In this document: positions 13,870 to 29,022 of the stretch, in pieces
How positions within the stretch are numbered: position 1 is the first letter of the stretch
Layout: every line of letters begins with the position of its first letter
NCBI GenBank assembly: GCA_028023455.1
Contig: JAQFVV010000005.1
Span: forward strand, 868,001-932,000
From: Epiperipatus broadwayi
Taxonomy: Eukaryota; Animalia; Onychophora
Length of the DNA: 64,000 nucleotides
Direction: 5' to 3'
Notes under the pieces: model-generated
What the model saw: the letters and a program-made list of their open reading frames with translations, nothing else
Told to the model about the DNA's origin: nothing
Databases searched by the model: none
Position numbers and translations under genes: made by a program

Positions 13870-15200
13870 GTTTGTTTAATATTTTGCAACACTATCTTTT
13901 AATATCGTCAGCAGAAAACTTTTCTTCCTGAAATATTTAATGCCATGTTTAATTGCAGTTCTCCAATGTATTCTATTCATTGCGATATCATTCCAATAGA
14001 AACAATATTTTACTTCTTTAGAAAATATCTTTAGGATAGCATTAACATCTACCACAAAAATCATGCTCAAGTTAACTATAAAACTTTCTTTTAAGAATAT
14101 TTGCATTTTTCATTTATTTCATATGGCTAATCCAATGAAGATGTGATTTTACAATAGAGGACTCTATATCATATCCAGCAAGGTGTAAAATGTATTAATT
14201 GGTTTTATGGTATTGCCATTGTATTTTTAAAATTTTAGGGGGCATCCTTAAATAAAACTTTTCTAATGCCTTTATATTGTATTTATAGGGTATCAAAATC
14301 TTTCTTCCAAACAGTAAATTAAGTAAAATAACTTTATTTACAGTAAACAGTTGCAATAGTTAGCACAATGTGTTATGCCTCAACATCTACATCCACTTCC
14401 TTATTTATAAAACTGCTAAGTTATTTAAATTGATTTACATTCTTAAGTTGATAACTATCCAAATTAAAAGTTGCTGAGGATTTTTTCTTCCATCACCAGC
14501 TGATAAAGAATTTAGATTTCTTTTACTATTTTAAATCAGTCTTTAAAGACTGTGTTCAAAACATTAAGTACATTCTATAAATCATCTTTTGAACTAGCAA
14601 AAATAGCACAATTATCAACATAATGTGCATTCAAAATCCATGAAAGTAAAATTCTTGTTTATAAAGAATTTAGATTTCTTTTACTATTTTAAATCAGTCT
14701 TTAAAGACTGTGTTCAAAACATTAAGTACATTCTATAAATCATCTTTTGAACTAGCAAAAATAGCACAATTATCAACATAATGTGCATTCAAAATCCATG
14801 AAAGTAAAGTTCTTGTTTTTAATCAATTCAAATTAAAAACCACCATTAAATTTGTAGTGCATCTTTATTGCTGTTTCATGAAGTCACTTGTAAACAGTTT
14901 CAAAGACAAATTTCATAAAAATTGAAAATAATATTGGAACAAGTATACATCCATGATTATCACCAGCTTCCATTTCAAATGTTTCACATTTTCAATATAT
15001 GTAGTTCCTCTCATTCTATCATGCAAAAGCTATATAATATGAATAAAGTAGGGCGGACAACTAACTTCATTGAACCTTTCTGATTAACTGAATCAAATAA
15101 CTTGACCAAATCAATAAAAGCAATAAATTGTAATAGTCAATCATGGTTGAAATGCATTATGGTTAATGTATATAGGGTGATTATAATTTGCATTCACTAA
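13870..15200 (-). pseudogene. RTE-type LINE RT/C-terminal remnant
   Basis: FIAFIDLVKLFDSV at ~15085-15130; HLHWISHM and WNDIAMNRIHWRTAIKHG at the C-terminus. Confidence 0.7.
14503..14818. repeat. 158-bp tandem duplication, one mismatch
   Basis: 14503-14660 repeated at 14661-14818 (aaaattc vs aaagttc). Confidence 0.95.
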
Positions 15201-17057
15201 CATACAGGTTACTAATAAGTAGTTAAACATAATGAAACTAAATAATGGATATATTTACTCAAATGGTACTGGTTGATTCGACTTGCATGCCGCTTGATGG
15301 CGGTGTTTATGTGCTAAAACACATAAAAATGCCGTTTATGCGGCCTGAAGTTTATGGCGTATAGAACAGTGATGTTCATATTAGCCGTTGCGAGCCTATA
15401 TTGTGTTGCACACAAATACTATGGACCGCTGATGTACTTCACGACACTATGCAAATGCGCACATTTCACAGATTGCTATTGTATCATGTGAGGGTGTATG
15501 GAATTCAACTGACCATAACTCGTGTAATCTGCATTCGAAGTAATTATCTTACACCCTATCTGACATAGTATTACATACTAATAATTGTAAGCCCGTTGTC
15601 ACACTTCCCTACACAGCTTGAAATGTGAAAAAAATTGCAAAAGTGTGGTGACAAGCACAATTTCACAGAATTCATGCGGAAAGGCACGTTTGCGCGAGAA
15701 TAGCTGCGAGACAAATTAAATGGCTGAGGTTGCACATTGTTTTGTAAATCAGAAGCTTGGTTTGATCACATTTCAAATATTTCACATTTTTCATAAGGTT
15801 GCACACATTATATTTACTGTTATTACTATTGTATTCCCTGGCTAATTTATCTAAATTTTAATATTATATATCAATCTAAAATATTATTTAAAAAACCTTT
15901 CTTTTCAATAAGATCCCTTTAATAAATTATAATACTTCTTTTATACTCAGTCTTACAATTATTGTTAGCCAGCTATCCCCCATGTGTAAGATCATTTGAA
16001 TGACCATAAAACAGATACATATATTTCAATAAAATTCATATTTTTCTTGCATTTGCCTGGCAACAAAAAACCAATTCTATAGTGCTTCTTTAATCTTTAC
16101 AACCACACAGTTTCTGGTAATTTTTCATCTCTATGACTGAAAGCAACCTATTCAACAAATTCCTTGAAAGTACTTTTGCTGCAGTATATAATATCATTAA
16201 TTACTGCAATCTTGTTTATTTTCTTTAGGAGTCTTCGGAATATTTCATTAGGATCTACAGCCTTTACAATTTTAAGATTATAAAGTGCTATCTTGACTTT
16301 ACTAAAATGGATACCTTTGTTCAAATCTAAATGAGTAAATACAATGGATTAAAAGCTGTGTCAATCCTTGTATCATTATTCAAAAGAAATATTCCTTCTA
16401 CTTGCTTAGAATATCATTATCATTATATAAGAGTTTCATTGCTGGATTTTCTCAGGTTCATATGTTGAATTCACTGCTTCAAAAACATAAAGATCTAGAA
16501 TGATTAAAACTGGTGAATTTTCTTTACAGTTTAATCCACCAACCATTTTTAAGTCTTCTTGTCAGTTGAACTTCTACCTTCAGATCTTTACATTAATTAT
16601 GAAGTTCCACATTTATTATTTTGCCAAGCAGAAACTGTCATATATTTACCTTTAATCAAATTATTAATAAGACCTTGTCAGAAAATCCAATCATGATTGC
16701 TTTTTAGTGAAACCAAGAATAGCTTTACTTGTATCTATAACACAATTTTTAAGGAATTCCATGCTTCAGTAATAAGACAATCTTGGTGGTCTAAATTAGC
16801 AATTTTAAAGTTTAATAACTTGAAATTTAGTATGTATGGTAGACTAGTAGATACTTCTAAAGAATGAACACCAATTTTCTTGAGAACATGACTGGAATAA
16901 GATCTACTTTTTTCTGCATCTATCAATTTAATCTTGGAGCATACTAATCTATATTCTGATCAAAAATATGTCCTTATATTCTTTGAAAGGTTTGTCTGCT
17001 AAAATAAAATGTTTGTAATAGTCTACACTTATATTGTGAAAACATTTAATAATATAC

Positions 17058-19790
17058 TGAACTGGGTCTGAAAGAGAACTTTATTAGTTTGAATGGGTTT
17101 AAATCCCTTTATAATAATTAAAAAAAAAAACAGAACACATGAACGGATCGGCCCTTCAAGCAGAAGGGAGAATATCATTGATAGCAGAGCCATCAACGAT
17201 ACCCATGATAACACGATCACATTTCCAGACCGTGGCCCACTTCAACTGCTAGATTCAAACCCCTGCCATCCAAAGCATTTTTGTTTTGAGTATCAAGCGC
17301 CAGCCAGCCAACCAAAGGTTATAGTGAGCATGCTTCAGACAACAGGCATACAATCCAGCGCTTGAAATATTCCATGACTAGCTCACACTCTGTTTCAGAG
17401 TCCAACACATTTACTTAAAACAAAAAAAATAACTCTAATTTACTGGTGATGCAGTGACAAGAGAGAGAGTGCAAACATTATTTATTTATTTACATATATA
17501 TATATTTAACATAATATACTAAATTTCACATAAAAGAATATAAATGATGACTTTAGGTTATAGTTATAATAGTCCTTCATTAAAGTTCATTTCATTTAAA
17601 ATCAAGTGTCTATTTAGTTATTTAAAAGTATCTTTACCTAAGCTTTCATCATTGTCAGTCTCCAACCGGTTGGCTTTTTGATCTCCATCAATGGTTCCAG
17701 GGCTTGTTTTCCATTCTTTGGATAGACAATGGGAGAGAGAATTTGTGGCCACATCTATTTACAATCAAGGCATTGTTTTGGGTGTTGGTTCAGGCGAGGT
17801 TTCAGTTGATTTTCTTTTCATTGAGAGCTTTGGGTGGGGCCTGATGCCCAGCTGAACATCCTACAGCTGTCCAGCAATGCATGTTGATAGATCTGCAGAT
17901 TTTAGATTGATGTTGACCACAGCAGTAATTGACTGGCGTTTGCAGTTCCCGAATATCTGGATCTCTGGAGCAATAAGTAATCTAAGAGCACAAATGAAGG
18001 ACCGGAATGATTCCACCACAAAATGCAGACTAGACTAGACTTTCTCTGCTGGATCCCTATCCTGGAAATAAGGGAATCTATCCCACCCTCCTGTTTCATG
18101 GCCATTACAGATACTAGGTTCACACAGTGATAGTCTACATTTTATACTCCTTCCTCCCTTTATCTATACACTCCCCCCATAACTATCAACCTAAACATAA
18201 TCTACTTTTACATGAAAGGATATTTTACAAAAAAATTTTATTTAATCTTATTCTAGATTTTTATTTTATTCGCTATACAAAATTCTATTTTATTTATTTA
18301 CTTTGCATTTATTGATTCTAAAACTCTTACTTTATTTATTTATTCTTTATTTACGTTATTGATTCTTGGAAAAAACATTTTGCTTTACTTACTTTTAAAT
18401 ATTTTAAATCAATTAAAGTGAATTCAAAACAAAACCCTCTCAATCCTTTCTAATTTCCCACCTGACTACAAACACCTCCCATAATAAATTTATCTTTTTG
18501 ACTACTTTTTCTCTCTCTTTTTTATTTACATTTCATATTCATATATATTTTCAATTATTATTCCTTACTTTGTCAATATTATATTTGTTTGCCTTGATAT
18601 ATCTCTCAACTCCAATTTAGCACTTAATTTAAATTTTAGTTTCAAACTTCTTTTTTCAATTAATTACTATCTTACTTTTTTTTTTTAACTTTAATTATGC
18701 TGTCTTAATTTGGCCTCACATTGGATGCCATTTGAACTGGGTTTGCTGAAAGAGAATTTTACTCTTCCTAGGTTTGAATGGGTTTAAATCCCTTTTATAA
18801 CAATAAAAAAAAAACATGAATGGACCGGCCCTTCAGAGGGGAAAATACCATTGCTAGCAGAGCCATCAACGATACTCATGATCAGATCGAGCTATGCAAA
18901 GCTTAACATGATCACATTTCCAGACTGTGGCATACCTCGACTGCTGCATTCAAGCCCCTGCCATATAAAGAATTTTATTTGATTTGAAGATAAATCTCAG
19001 GTGCTAGCCAACCATAGGTTACAGTCAACATGCTTCGGACGACAAACACAATCCAGCACTTGAATTATCCAATGATTATCACTCTGTCTCAGGGTCCAGC
19101 GCATTTACTTAAAACATAAAAAAATAACTGCACTAATTTACTGGTGATGCAGTGACAAGAGAGAGAGAGAAAATAAACCAAATTACAAGTAAGAAATATT
19201 ATTTATTTACATACACATATATATCTGACATAATATAATATGCTAAATTTCACACAACAGAATATAAATGATGATTTTAGACTTTAGTTATAATAGTCCT
19301 AGATTAAAGTTCATTTCATTTAAAATCAAGTGTCTATTTATTTATTAAAAGTACCGTTATCTAGGTTTTCATGATTGTCAGTTTCCAATCGGTTGGACTT
19401 TTTGGTCTATCGATGGCTCTAGGAATTGTTTTACATTCTTTGAGTTGATAATGGGAGTTTGTGGCTGCATATATTTACAATCCAGGCATTATTTCGGGCA
19501 TTGATTAAGGCAAGGTTTCAGTTGGATTTCCTTTTTGGTGAGGGCTTTTGGGGCCTAAAGCCCAGCTGAATATCCTATGACTGTCCAGCAATGCATGTTG
19601 CTAGATCTGCAGCTTTTGCATTGATGTTGACCACAGCAGTAATTGATTGGCTTACTATGGAGTTTGCAGTTTTCAAATATCTTGATCTCTGGAGCAATGA
19701 ATAATGTAAGAGCACAAATGAAGACCGGAATGATTCAACCACCACAAAATGCAGATTAGACTGATTTACTGATTGCAGACCCAACTAAAA
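17058..19790. repeat. Diverged tandem duplication of an unidentified ~1.7-kb unit
   Basis: About 1 kb at 17058-18045 is clearly homologous to 18733-19770 (start offset 1675 bp). Each block is followed by a T-rich tract. Confidence 0.85.
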
Positions 19791-22184
19791 AACAATAACT
19801 AAGATGCAACTTTTATATCCCTCTCTCCTTTGTTCTTTTTTTTTTTAATCATCTTTAATTAATCATAATTTAAATCTATATTTTTAATTAATTTTTACAT
19901 TTCCTTAATTAATTGATTTTTACATTTTGTTTTAATCTAATCTTTTACTTAGATTAATCTAATATCTTATCATCTGGGAATCTTGTAAACTTAATCGCAC
20001 TCTAAAGCCGAATATTTTCACAAAAGTTTCTTATATAACAAATTTTATTTTACATTTGTTTATTTTTAGCTATTTCATAATTTATAAAAGGAGACTGAGT
20101 TTTAAATCTTGTTACTTTTATTTTAGACTCCCCCCCCCATCTACTCTTTAATACTGAAAACTTTTATTTTAAAAGAAAAAGATGACTCAATATTTTTTAT
20201 TTTTACAAGTTTGCATTTTAAAATCTACTTTAAAAACATAGTATATATTTTTCAACTTTGGATTTTTTATTAATTACTTAATCATTTATTTTTAAATGAA
20301 AAATATGTAACTTGAGCTAGCTATATACGTGCACCTGGCAACATATATTTCTGCTAGCGGTACTATACAGAACATTGTATTTATAGCACTAATGCCATTT
20401 CCAGTAACTTTAGTCTATTATTTGTAGCAACAAGTGTGCTAAAAATCTCACAATGTTATCCAATAAGGAATAAAAGCTTTATTTCTCTAAATTCCCATAA
20501 TCTAAATTTGAAGCATAATCACTTACAAAATGAGCATGAGCCATTGTGCAATACAAGTTTTAACACCAATAGCCTTTAATTGATACAAGAGAAAATCCAA
20601 TAATAGAAGATACTAAATAGATATTGCACAACTGTAACAAGTAATCCATTAGCATGATGACCTTGCCAGACTGTTTAACAGGCCATTTTTAGACATTTTC
20701 TGGACCCTTTTCACTTACATGGTAGGTAGAAAATCCTTAAATAGGATTGCCCACTCAAACTCCTGTTTCAAATCCAGTTCCAAATGCAAATTCATTAGTG
20801 ACTGTACTACCTTGGGCACAGATCATAACCAAGGACTGTAGCCTGTTAAGCTTGTCCCATCATTGCTTTCTTCATTCCTGAGAATTTGATATAAAAAAAG
20901 TTGAAAAAGAGAAATGAGTGCATGTAGTTAGAGTGTGAAAATGTGTTTGCTTTTTACAGATAATCCTATTATCAAAATTAGTATAGGGAAATGACAAATG
21001 GCATGAGAAGCTCATGATGATTGAGCCTAAACTAGCTTAAATGACTAAACAAGAAAAAAGAGGGAAGCAGTAAAGACTTTTTGTACTGAGAACAGTACCT
21101 AGCTTTTGATGAAGCAACATTCCACTCTGTAAGGCAACAAGAGTACTCTTGATTAGGCACTGCTTATTTGTTATTCATAGTTGACTATATCTGAAGGTCA
21201 TTCCATAATAAATGCATAAATAAGAAATTGAAAAAAAAAAAACATGTAGCTAAAAAATTACAAAAACATTATTTAAAACAATTAGCAATATAAAATTTCA
21301 ATGATGAAGTCATTTCATTATTATATTGCTGCAATCAATCTAAAAACTCTTCAAGGAAAATTTCAGTTTATTATCAATATTTTATCTTTAAAATAAACAT
21401 TTAATAACTTGAGAGTGTGTTATCATAGATTTACAAAAGCGCAGCTGAAATCTTTTATATTCATTATATACTTATTTACCTACAGTATGTGTCTAAGCAT
21501 ATATACATATACGGCATTATCCAGATCAATTTAGCTCAAAGATGATCAATTGCTAAAGGTTCCTAGATTAATTTTCAAGCCAAAAAATGGCTACAAAATT
21601 ATCTCTGACCAATTATAGTTCTACTCATTTATTCAATTGACAATTTTGTTCCTTGAGCCCAACCCCTCTCCCCTCAACTAATTTACATCACGAATTTTCT
21701 GATGGCCAACTATCTCACTAATTCTTTTAACAGTTTTGATTCTATATGATTACAATTTTTAAAAATCATGTTAAACCTGTTACCCATTCATAAAAAAAAC
21801 ACAATCTATGAATAAAGATAAAATCAGAATCAAATATCATAAATGCATGTTATCCATAAAATAACTTATAAGCAATTTAAGAATGCTTTTAGTAAACTGA
21901 AAAATCCAATCGAATAATAATTAAACATGGGAATCAATGAAGCCTAAAATTTAAAACATAATTAAGATTTCATATGGTATTTGTAAAAGTACTTTCATCA
22001 TAAGCATATCCAAATTTATTAATAATATAAAAACTACCCCGTATTCTCTTTTTGTGTGTATATATATTTAGTGGTCTCCGTTCTTATATTTACATAATAA
22101 TTCATGTCATAAATTTTTTAATTTATAAAAATAAAGATGTTGGTTCTTCACAAGGGTATTAAAATGGATGCTTAGTAATTCTAC

Positions 22185-22223
22185 CTTGGGAATATTTAAG
22201 TTGAGATGCGACACTTTTTATAT
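22185..22223 (-). CDS. Candidate host micro-exon (DIKSVASQLKYSQ)
   Basis: ttgtag| ... |gtagaa; 39 nt, open only in phase 1, which fits the upstream candidate exons. Confidence 0.25.
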
Positions 22224-25125
22224 CTACAATGTTATAAAACTCCAATCTAGAAGTTATCATGTCTAAATTTATTTTTCCATCTAAGTTCTTATATTGCAGA
22301 TGAAGTAAGGTTTATTCTCTCTGTTTGGCACTTAGAAATAAGTTTCTGTAAGACTTTATATTCAGCAGCTGGAAAGATTTTCACTCTCAATATATTTATG
22401 TAATATTCACACTGTAAATTTTCAAAATATCAGATAAATATATTTAATTAAAATTTGTAAATATTTTACAGAGTCAGGTTTAATGTATCATAAACTTTCC
22501 TAGACTTTTGTTGAAATAAGATTTACATTCATATCAACACTTTTACACATTCAAAATCTATTATAATCAATACAACACAGAATACTGCACTTTCTAAAAA
22601 TCATATCTTCTTTGTTTACAAAGAGATAATCAATTATAGTGCCAGCTACAGGAAATGACATCTTCAACTCTTTACAAATTCCAATTAATATAATTCGAAA
22701 TCTCAAAAACAATTATTTACAGCCAATCCAATTTTTCACCAAGTAATTAAAATTAGTTTACCTTGCAATGAAGAATAAGGTATTCCTCAGATAAAGATAA
22801 CTGATAATTAGAGATATCTTATTTTTCAATCTACTTAACATATCAAGTGAATAATTGAAAATACTAAAATAATTGAAAATACTATCATCCCATTAATAAT
22901 TCATTTATCCAATTAATAAAAAACATTTTAACAGATTTTTGGGTGTGCACGAGTCAGAATTACAAATGTATGTATTTACATATGTTCAGCTAATTTAAAG
23001 TCAAACTTCCTGACTAATATCTACATAATTCTAATTAAATATGGTAATTCTGACCATTCATTACAAACATGAGATTCTAAATGCAAAACTTGCTTTGAAT
23101 CACTTCTATATGCCAACATAAAACTTAATTCTTAAACTCACTTAAAACTAATTGAAAAATCCACTTTACTATATTTCGACAGATAATATTTAAAGTAGCG
23201 TATTAATCATCCAGTAATTACTAAACATCTGCAAGATCATTGAATGAAATATACATTCAACTAAGTTTAGTTTTCTTTAGTTAAATTTGGTTAAGTTTAG
23301 ACAAATTGCACATTAAATTATTTTTCAGTCTATTTATAATGATCCTACATAGTTAAAGGATAATTAATAGTTTTTATATTTTGTGCTGAAGATGACTATT
23401 GGATATAAAGACTCTTCCTTGATGTAAGCAAATCATCAGAAGCTAAGCGGGGATTTTAAATGTGGGCACTATTATCTAATGTCCCTTGATTATTCAAATT
23501 TATAATAGTTGACACTGGAGTGGAATAAATAGGATGAATTATAGCTTTTAATGCATTTGAAATATTTTGTCCATGTTTTCAATGGATGATGAATTTGAAT
23601 CAATAATTTTCCGTTTACTTCTACTATCCACTATTTAATGAAGTTTTTTTCATCTTAAGGGCCTAGAAATTACAATGCAAACTGCCTAATCTAAAAAATA
23701 TTAGTGGCAGCAAGGGAATATCATAATAACCAATTTCTGTTTCCAATACCTTAACTGATGATCAAAACAGAAGCAATCAATAACTATGAAATAGATCTAT
23801 GAAATCTTATCTCTAACACATCTGCTAAATCCACAGATCCCAAATTAAGCATATTATTGTAGCCGAATCAATTAGTAAAGCATTTTATAATGCCTGAAGT
23901 ATTATTTTAGCATTCTATCATAAGTAATATACTAAAAGGCAGATTTTATGATTCAAAAAGTTTCTTGACAAAGGACATCATGATTAAGAAATCAGTTCAT
24001 CAGCATCAATGGTAGTGAGAAGTAATTATAGCATCTTGCAATCAAAAACATGGCAAGTCATGTGATGTTCAAGAATTAGAAAAGAAAACTTGAAGCTTCA
24101 TTCAGAAATCTTTAGCTCTTGAGTCCATCACTATCACTGTACTATGCACAAGGCATGGCATTAATATTATGAGGAATAATCTTTAGTATGGGTGACAAAA
24201 TCAAAGATTAAAAGTCATTTAAATGGAGGAGAATGTTTTGTTTCTGTGAATAACTATATGAAAATGTAAGAAAAGATAATCATCAAAATAGTGATGAGTA
24301 AAATATAAGATGTGGAATGAGACTTTCACTGCACTTGAATATAGCATAAGTTTTCCCTCTATTCACTAATTCTATCAGAGCAACTTTGATAAATTATTAA
24401 CTTCTTTAGTGTAGCTTTCACATGTTAAGTATTAAATCACATTAATAAATAAATAAAAGTTAGAGAAAGTAAATTAAATAGGAAAATAAAATTTCCTAGC
24501 TTTTACATAGTGTTTACAACAGGAGACATGTGTCAGATTTAGCATATTGCTAAGAGAGTTTGCAGACATGAAGCTATATCTTATGAGACATGTTGTTTTT
24601 TTTTTATAATAAATAATCTGTATTTGCGCTTTTAAAAAAATAATAAAAGAGATCCTCCTTCTTCACCACAGCATTCTTTGAATTTTCACATCAGTGCCAT
24701 TAAACAATTATAGAATAATATGATAAATTCTCTTCTGCTTCATAAATTGGGAGCTACACAAGTCTACTATAAAATAACTCATTTCAGAAAGCAGAAACTT
24801 GAAGTAAATATGCATGCACATAAAAAAAGAATGTATGAATCATTTAAAAACGTTATTTTTATAATCATTTTCTATTCACTTGAAAGTGGCAATAGAACTT
24901 CAGCATTTGTAAGATTTTATATAACTGATAATTTATATTGTACTCCATAGATATTGTCTATACCGAGTTTTTTTTTTTTACTGTACTGTTTTCAATACTT
25001 TCAATTCTAAAAAGTGATATAGTTATAGCTTAAATTTAAAATTAGAAATTATTAAAAAAAAAAAAGTCAAATAAAATGTAGATATTGCTTATTTAAAAAT
25101 ACCTGAATCCATTATCAGAACTTAC

Positions 25126-25157
25126 CAGAAAAAACAATGAGGAGTTGAAAGCAGGGG
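25126..25157 (-). CDS. Candidate host micro-exon (RPCFQLLIVFS)
   Basis: ttattatag| ... |gtaagtt; 32 nt, open in phase 2, matching the exon at 28885-28937. Confidence 0.3.
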
Positions 25158-25159
25158 CT

Positions 25160-26450
25160 ATAATAAGCTTTTGCCATAAAATATTAAATTAACAAGGAAA
25201 ACAGTCGGTGTTATTGAGCTAATGGAGCAGAGGTTATCAATATGAATAGAAGATTTCTATCAAAAAGTCTCGTCTGTTTCTTATCCAGGGAAAAAAACTA
25301 TCTCTGCATGAAAAGATTCATAAAAAACTTGGAAATAACATGGGAGAAGTTGATTTTCCCATTTTTAAAGATAGGAATTTAAAAATATAAAAATTTCCTT
25401 TGAGAATCAAATCTTTTGATAAAAGATGGAAATTAGACTTCCAAATAAATTTTTAACATCGATGAGATGGGAATTTTATTGGAAAGATGCCATTCTGTTT
25501 GCATTTCACACACACAAAAACTGCTTCTGGATTTAAAGCATATAAAGATCACATAAGATTACTTATTAATGAAAATGTTATACAAGTGAGATTCCTAGAG
25601 CTCTGAAAAATATTTCCAAATACAATTAGCAGTTATTTAAAAATCTAATAAAAATGCCTGATTACGAGCAACTGGTTTAAAGACTATCTGTGCACTGGAA
25701 ATGACAAAACAATGTCATAACAAAAATCTGGATAATTTTGAATAATGATTTTGATTGATTATATAACATTAATCACCTTGCATTAAATCTGTCCTTCAAC
25801 TCATGGATCAAAGAGTGATCAGTTTTAAAAATCCACCTTATGTTTAAAAAACTGATAAAAAAACAAGTATGAAAAAGAAAAATAATGTCCAAGATTATTA
25901 AAAGAATTTTAATATTTTGGATCGTGTTAAACTTGCTAACAAGCTTGTAAGTTCATCATTTCATGTTTTGGTTAATAGATGCTAGAAAAATTTATATGTT
26001 AAAGCTGGATTCACAAGAAATTATTAATAATTATTTTATGAATATTAGAATTGCAAACTCTTACAAAAAGTGCAAGATTTCGTAAAAAAAAAAGAAAATG
26101 AAGTTCAAGAGTTACAGGAATCACATTCTTTGCTATTACCCGATGAATAGCTGGCAAAAAAGGAGAATGTTGAAATGTACACCAAGAAAAAGTACAAATG
26201 ATTATCAAATGCTTTTGAGAATTTTTTAGCTATCCAGAAAATGCCATTAGCTTTGTTAAAGAAAATGATTCACATTTCGGGTGATCATCTAAGTTTGGAT
26301 ACGAGGTAAAGAATATGTTATCCAGTTACCAAGAATTTTTATTTCAAAAAATGTTTACTAAAAACCAAAAAAAATTCCTGATTGCTTTTTCAAAAAAAAA
26401 AAAAAAAGTCAAATCAAGAGTATGAACTTCAAACAGATCTTTCTCATTAA
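25160..26450 (+). pseudogene. Tigger/pogo-like DDE transposase remnant
   Basis: IFNIDEMG (~25450), ASGFKAYKD, PRALKN, QLMDQRVI (~25800). Many stops and frameshifts; TIRs not identified. Confidence 0.75.
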
Positions 26451-28884
26451 ATCTTGATTTGTACAGTTCTGTATTTTGTCATATTTTTTAAAATTAAAAT
26501 GATTAATTTTTATAACATGCTTAATCACACATTTTGTTTTTATTAAATTATTATTATATATATATGTATAGTTTACTGCACTGATTTTTATATCAGTATA
26601 TAAAATGTAAATACTTAAAAGCAGTTAACACTTAAACAATACTAATATCAATAATAATCAACAAACTCATTGTTATAAGGTGACCTCCTTTTTACAATAA
26701 AAGTGGATACCCACCTTTAATCTATGGTCTCATATGTTTATATAGACACTAAAGATTGCAACTTGACTAAAGAGAGTGAGATTGTTGATTCAAAGAAATT
26801 TAAATAGACCTCATTAAATAGGCAAATGTAACCTGTACTGAAAGCAGATTAACAAATAGTCAATTATAACTTTCAAATTCCATTGAACAATATATTACTT
26901 AGATAATAAAGCTAATGATAGTCAAAGATAGATAAGTTTGTAAATGCAAATACATGAAACCAGTCAATACTTAAACTATACCAATATCAATAACAATCTT
27001 AATCTATTGTCTTTATGGAATTTATCTCTTTTTTTTTTCACTATTTAAACTTTTCTGAAACCTCAAATGTGATGAATGAGAATTCCCTGTATTTAACAGT
27101 ATATCTAAGTAATTTTTCATTCTAATGATAAAAAAAAAAACGTAAAATACAAACAGTATTAAAAAACAAGATTCCGATGATTAATTAACAGTTGAAATGT
27201 TTATAATTCATCATATAAAAAAAAAAAAACATAAAAAAATTTAGTTATTACTTTAAAATAAGAGTAAATATTCTAATTGGAAATGTAAGAAAAATTGAAA
27301 TTATAACATATATATTTAACACTAAATGAAGATATTAAGAAAGGATTACAGTTAAGTATGAGGGTAACAAGCATTTCCTCCTTGAATTAGTTATCAGGAC
27401 TGCATCAAGCAAAGCAGAACTATTCAGAAAACTGATCTTTGAATATATTATCTCTAATAAGTAAATCGCATGAGATTTTCTATGACTCTTTTAAGAATAT
27501 AAAAACTGAAGAACAAAGATTACAAAAAGAACTTATGAAATGTGATAGTGAAGAATTAAATTAAAAGTAACATGGCCAATCTAAATTGATATTTAAATAG
27601 ATTGGGCTTGAAAATACTAATGACCGGATTACCTAATAACTAAAAATGTTCTTGACAATTCTTGTGCATGATGCTGGGTTTTATTTCAGAAATTCTAATT
27701 AACTGAATAAACTGTTTTATTATTTATATAAAATGTATATACTTTTTTTTTTTTTTTGGCAGCAGTAGAATTAGCTAGAAATGAATTTTGACAGAAGAAT
27801 GACAGTCCATAAGCAAAGATGGTAATTGTTTTTGTTTTTTTTTTCTTTTTATTTCTTATTGGTGCATAGAATTAATTTTAACATGATAGTTTATTTTATA
27901 TTGATAACATGATTCTGACATATCACTGTAATAAATAAATAATTAATTAAAAGTTTAGTTACTGTAACATTTGAGAATCAGAAATGAAAGATTGAGCTTC
28001 ACTTTGAAAACATGTATCTCTTAAATGTATCTCTTTGTCATTATATTTAACTGTAGAAAGATATCACTATGTTGAATGTTTGTTATGCCTGTTTTATCTA
28101 ACCATATATATGTAAGTGTTATTGGCTAATAAAATACGAATTTATATTAATTAAATGCAGACAAAAGAATAATTGTAGAGCATATCTAAAATATGTGCAT
28201 ACTTTATAAAAGATAAAAATAAAATATACATTCTTGTAATTACATGTTTCATATAAAACAAGTTGCTTATAAAACAACAGTTAGATTAATAATATTTACT
28301 AAACAACATAAAGTTGGAACAATAATGGTTTTAAAAAACAGTCTGTCAAGTAATTGAATCCAAAAGATAAGCTAGAATTATTCATGAGAACTATCACAAA
28401 TGATAGTGGAAATTAATTCACTAATAATTATGATCCTAGGGATAATTAACTTTTGAGTTTGATTTGATAAGAATATCACTTTTAAGATTTATTGGCAGAG
28501 TTTAAAAGGCCTGAAAAATCAAATGAGGAAAAAAATTTGTGAACTCTCATTCCTTTAAAAATTTGAAAAGTTTTAATACCATCTACATAACTACAGATGT
28601 TGTTGCATTAGCATGTGAAGTAAAATTTCTTTTCACATATTTTAAAAATAATATTACAATACTTCATGTACATCTGTTCTTATCAAGCAATGTATTTTTT
28701 TTTTTAAATCATATCAAGTTTTCTTTTTTTACATTATTGATAAAGTAATTTCCCGAGTTTGAATCTTTATCAAGAATTGAAACAATTTAGTTATATACTA
28801 TTCCAGTTGTTATATTTTTTAATGTTTTTTTCCTTAGTAGGAAAAAAGAAAATATTTGTACGTATTAATATTAATACTTATTAC

Positions 28885-29022
28885 CGGGGTTCTTCACATA
28901 CTGTATTTAATGCAGTTTTACTCTCCATCAAAGCAGCCTAGAGTATACTATAAGTTATCAGATATTATTTTGATTAAGCTAAAAAAAAAAAGACTACTCA
29001 CGTAATCTTGTAATGGTGACAT
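28885..29022 (-). CDS. Candidate first coding exons of an unidentified host gene (29002-29022 MSPLQDY; 28885-28937 AALMESKTALNTVCEEP)
   Basis: Exon 29002-29032 has tag|...|gtgagt; 64-nt intron; exon 28885-28937 has ctag|...|gtaat; in-frame join. Protein not recognised. Confidence 0.4.

Noticed and set aside
20719-20880. Minus-strand exon candidate with a strong gtaagt donor
   Set aside because: All three frames from the best acceptor contain stops; an internal acceptor gives an unrecognised peptide.
22765-22833. Minus-strand exon candidate ending caag|gtaaac
   Set aside because: It gives a stop in the phase required by the neighbouring candidate exons, so it was left out of the model.
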